NCBI GenBank assembly: GCA_965195345.1
Contig: OZ239628.1
Location: 803,339 to 835,338, forward strand
Source of the DNA: an uncultured Thiomicrospira sp.
GTDB taxonomy: Bacteria; Pseudomonadota; Gammaproteobacteria; CAKMZV01
Reading direction: 5' to 3'
Length of the DNA: 32,000 bases
This document shows positions 28,795 to 32,000 of the stretch, piece by piece (positions within the stretch are counted from its first letter, which is position 1; every line of letters begins with the position of its first letter). The translations under genes were made by a program, and so were the position numbers. The notes beneath the pieces are model-generated. The model made no database searches. It worked only from the letters and a program-made list of their open reading frames with translations, and was not told the origin of the DNA.

Positions 28795-31700
28795 ATGAAA
28801 ATGAAACATTTAAAACGTTGGGGATTTCTACTACTATTTGTCTTTCTAACTGCCTGTGGGGATGACACAACACCTTTGTCTACTAATATTAACACAACAC
28901 CAAACTTAAGTCTCTCTGTCAATACCTTAACACTTGATGAAGATTTTGGCACTTTTATCATCAATACCACTGCTACTGATGCAGAAGATGGGATACTGCC
29001 AGTAACCGTATTTGGACAGGCTGGCTTGCTAACCACTGATGTCACTACTGGCCAAATTACGCTCACTTCCATTGCTAATGCTACCGGCATAGCTACGCTC
29101 ACAGTGCGTGTTGTTGATAGCGAAAACCTCCCCGTTTCCACCGAAGTGGTGGTGACCGTAAACGCCATCGATGATACGCCTGTTTTGACGTTATCAACGA
29201 CTAACCTCAGTCTCAGTGAAGATTTTGGCACTTTTATTATCAACACTACAGCAACTGATGTAGAGGATGGTGTATTATCTTTTACAGTATCTGGTCAAGA
29301 TACAAGTGTATTAACAGTCAGAACTTCCACCAATCAGATAATACTCACCTCCGTTGCTAATGCCACCGGAACAGTCACACTCACTGTAAGCGCTACCGAC
29401 AGTGAGGCTCTTACAGCTAACACCGAAGTGGTGGTGATCATCAATGACATCGATGATACTCCTGTGCTGACAATATCAACAACGAACCTCAGCCTCAGTG
29501 AAGACTTTGGCACTTTTATCATCAACACCACTGAGGGTGATATAGAAGATGGTGTATTACCTTTTACAGTATCTGGTCAAGATGCAAGTATATTAACAGT
29601 TAGCACTGCTATCAATCAGATAATACTCACCTCCGTTGCTAATGCCAACGGAACAGTCACACTCACTGTAAGTGCTACTGATAGTGAGGATCTTACAGTC
29701 TCCACCGAAGTGGTGGTGATTATTAATGCCGTCAATGATACGCCTGTATTGACGCTATCAACAACCAACCTTAGCCTCAGTGAAGACTTTGGCACTTTCA
29801 TCATCAACACCACTGCAAGTGATGCAGAAGATGGCGTGCTTCCCGTTGCAGTGACTGGACAAGATGCCAGTCTATTCGCCGTAACCACTTCTACCGATCA
29901 GATAATACTTACCTCCGTTGCCAATGCCAACGGAACAGCCACGCTCACTGTAAGCATTGTTGATAGCGGTAACCTCTCCACTTCCACTGAAGTGGTGGTT
30001 GTTGTCAACGCCATCAACGATACGCCTGTATTGACGCTATCAACATCTAACCTCAGTCTCGATGAGGATTTTGGCACTTTCATCATCAACACCACTGCAT
30101 CTGATGCAGAAGATGGTGTGTTATCTTTTACGGTATCTGGTCAAGATGCAAGTGTATTAACAGTCAGCACTTCTATCAATCAGATAATGCTCACTTCCGT
30201 TGCTAATGCTAATGGAACAATGACTCTTACAGTCAGTGCAACCGATCAAGGTGGACTAACGACAACGGCAAAAATAACTATTGTCATTAATCCTGTTGAT
30301 GACAATCCAATACTTAATTTATCAGCAACAAACTTTAACTTACTAATGGATACAGCTGCGGTGCTCACTGCCTTTGGTGTAGATGTGGATTCAAGCAGTG
30401 CCGTGTTGGTCTATTCTGCACAGCAAGAAACACCTCTGTTAAATCAGATACAAATAGCAAGCAATACCATCGCGCTGGGAGCAGGTAATACTTTAGGCTC
30501 AACCACTTTGGTAATCACCGTCACTAATGACAGAGGATTAAGTACTTCTGCAACCGCTCGAGTTACTGTTTTATCTGCTATTTCGAATACTTTTTTAAAT
30601 GTAAGTTTAAATGTTAAGCGGATTAACTTTTCTTGGAGTATGCTTCCTGCAGCCAATCATTACCGCATGCTCAGCAATGTGAATTTGGCTACAGCGCGTG
30701 GCTTTGTTGATGCCAGTAGTGCACATGCAGTGTTTGCACCGAATAGCACCAATATTATCAATACTACAGTCTCTGCGACAGTAAATGTGGCGCGTTATCT
30801 TTCTACGGCTGATAGACCAGAGTATCTGCTACAAAGTTGTACGAGTGTGGATAATTCAGCCTGTTCTACTTATGCACAAGCAGCCCTGAGCAATACTCAA
30901 ATAAAGGGATTGATTGGTACTTTCAGACCCACTTGGCCAGACTTTGGAGATCAATTTACTGAAAGTCTGACATTCAATGGCGCTGGTAATATTTTTGTTG
31001 CTGGTGCACCTTTTGAAAGCAGTGACTTTACTGGCATCAACACATTTGTTTTAGTAGGTTCAAACAATAGGGCTAGGGCCTCTGGCGCAGCCTATATTTT
31101 TGAGCTTAGTAGCACTGGCACGTGGAGTCAACGAGCTTACCTCAAAGCCTCTAATACAGGAGTTGGTGATTTCTTTGGTAGAAGTCTGGCAATAAGTGGC
31201 GACGGCAATACTTTAGCTGTTGGGGCAACTTTGGAAGACGGCACCTCCACTGGCGTAAACGGGTATCAATTTAGCGATAATGAACTTCAATCCGGTGCAG
31301 TTTATGTTTTTGTGCGTAGTAGTGCCGGTGCATGGAGCCAGCAAGCGTACATAAAAGCTTCTAATACAGAAATGTATGAACAATTTGGTAGAGCTCTAAC
31401 AGTCAGCAGTAACGGCAATACCATCTTTGTTGGTGTCCCTCGTGAGGCTACTGGATTAGACGGCGATCAAACAAGAAACGGTGCACCTCAATCTGGCGGA
31501 GTCTATGTTTTTGAGCGCAACAGTTCGAGCGTATGGAGCCAAACAGCTTTAATCAAAGCTTCTAATTTACAGGCTGGTGACAATTTTGGTGAGGCTGTAT
31601 CGGTAAGCAGTGACGGCAATGTTTTACTTGTTGGTGCCCCTTTTGAAGCCAGTCTCGCTACTGGAATTAACGGAGATCAAACAAACAATGCTGGAAATGA

Positions 31701-32000
31701 CACTGGCGCAGCTTATCTTTTTGTCCGTAGTAGCACTGGTTCGTGGAACCAACAAGCCTACATCAAAGCCTCAAATCCAGAGGAATTTGATGTTTTTGGT
31801 GCCAGAGTAGCGATAAGTGGTGATGGTAATACCCTAGCCGTTGGAGCGGATTCAGAAGATAGCAACGCCACTGGAATCAATGGCGATCAAACGAACAATG
31901 ATGCACTTCAATCCGGTGCAGTCTATGTTTATGCTCGTAGTGGTACCGATACATGGGCACAACAAGCCTACATCAAAGCCTCTAATACAGACGCATACGA
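28795..32000 (+). CDS. Gene 7: paralog, 3'-partial; lipoprotein signal, about 6 cadherin-like repeats, FN3-like module, first ~5 FG-GAP repeats before the window ends
   Basis: Read directly: atgaaaatgaaacatttaaaacgttgg.. = MKMKHLKRWGFLLLFVFLTACGDDTTPLSTN. AAGG lies upstream of the ATG. The frame stays open to nt 32000 (..QAYIKASNTDAY) with no stop, which explains its absence from the ORF list. Confidence 0.93.
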   Translation, partial: MKMKHLKRWGFLLLFVFLTACGDDTTPLSTNINTTPNLSLSVNTLTLDEDFGTFIINTTATDAEDGILPVTVFGQAGLLTTDVTTGQITLTSIANATGIATLTVRVVDSENLPVSTEVVVTVNAIDDTPVLTLSTTNLSLSEDFGTFIINTTATDVEDGVLSFTVSGQDTSVLTVRTSTNQIILTSVANATGTVTLTVSATDSEALTANTEVVVIINDIDDTPVLTISTTNLSLSEDFGTFIINTTEGDIEDGVLPFTVSGQDASILTVSTAINQIILTSVANANGTVTLTVSATDSEDLTVSTEVVVIINAVNDTPVLTLSTTNLSLSEDFGTFIINTTASDAEDGVLPVAVTGQDASLFAVTTSTDQIILTSVANANGTATLTVSIVDSGNLSTSTEVVVVVNAINDTPVLTLSTSNLSLDEDFGTFIINTTASDAEDGVLSFTVSGQDASVLTVSTSINQIMLTSVANANGTMTLTVSATDQGGLTTTAKITIVINPVDDNPILNLSATNFNLLMDTAAVLTAFGVDVDSSSAVLVYSAQQETPLLNQIQIASNTIALGAGNTLGSTTLVITVTNDRGLSTSATARVTVLSAISNTFLNVSLNVKRINFSWSMLPAANHYRMLSNVNLATARGFVDASSAHAVFAPNSTNIINTTVSATVNVARYLSTADRPEYLLQSCTSVDNSACSTYAQAALSNTQIKGLIGTFRPTWPDFGDQFTESLTFNGAGNIFVAGAPFESSDFTGINTFVLVGSNNRARASGAAYIFELSSTGTWSQRAYLKASNTGVGDFFGRSLAISGDGNTLAVGATLEDGTSTGVNGYQFSDNELQSGAVYVFVRSSAGAWSQQAYIKASNTEMYEQFGRALTVSSNGNTIFVGVPREATGLDGDQTRNGAPQSGGVYVFERNSSSVWSQTALIKASNLQAGDNFGEAVSVSSDGNVLLVGAPFEASLATGINGDQTNNAGNDTGAAYLFVRSSTGSWNQQAYIKASNPEEFDVFGARVAISGDGNTLAVGADSEDSNATGINGDQTNNDALQSGAVYVYARSGTDTWAQQAYIKASNTDAY

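Noticed and set aside
1-32000. Assigning a host species or a specific function (phage defence, kin recognition, host attachment)
   Set aside because: The sequence supports surface localisation and recognition-type folds only. Taxonomy and function need database searches or experiments that I cannot run here.

Overview
The whole 32 kb window is occupied by one tandem, same-strand family of at least seven paralogous surface-lipoprotein-like genes. I see no unrelated gene, RNA gene, CRISPR array or transposase. The five complete genes with visible N-termini (5484-13250, 13515-15986, 16236-19202, 19450-23922, 24171-28634) share one plan. It runs: lipoprotein signal peptide (LSAC lipobox), Gly-rich tether, variable number of ~90-94 aa cadherin/Ig-like repeats, optional C-type-lectin-like insert, conserved FN3-like module with two Cys, and a C-terminal seven-repeat FG-GAP (integrin-alpha-like) beta-propeller ending in ..GA(V/A)YLY*. 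Gene 1 (window start-5233) is cut at its 5' end. Gene 7 (28795 to window end) is cut at its 3' end and is missing from the supplied ORF track because it has no stop in the window. Gene 2 carries 17 near-identical 282-bp (94-aa) tandem repeats in blocks of 11 and 6. Genes 5 and 6 are a recent ~4.7-kb duplication including the intergenic region. Stalk and head modules are combined differently between paralogs, indicating recombination or gene conversion. Main hypothesis: a modular, recombining surface adhesin/recognition locus with a fixed seven-blade head scaffold, variable head loops and a variable-length stalk. Function is not demonstrated by the sequence. Repeat copy number should be confirmed with long reads.
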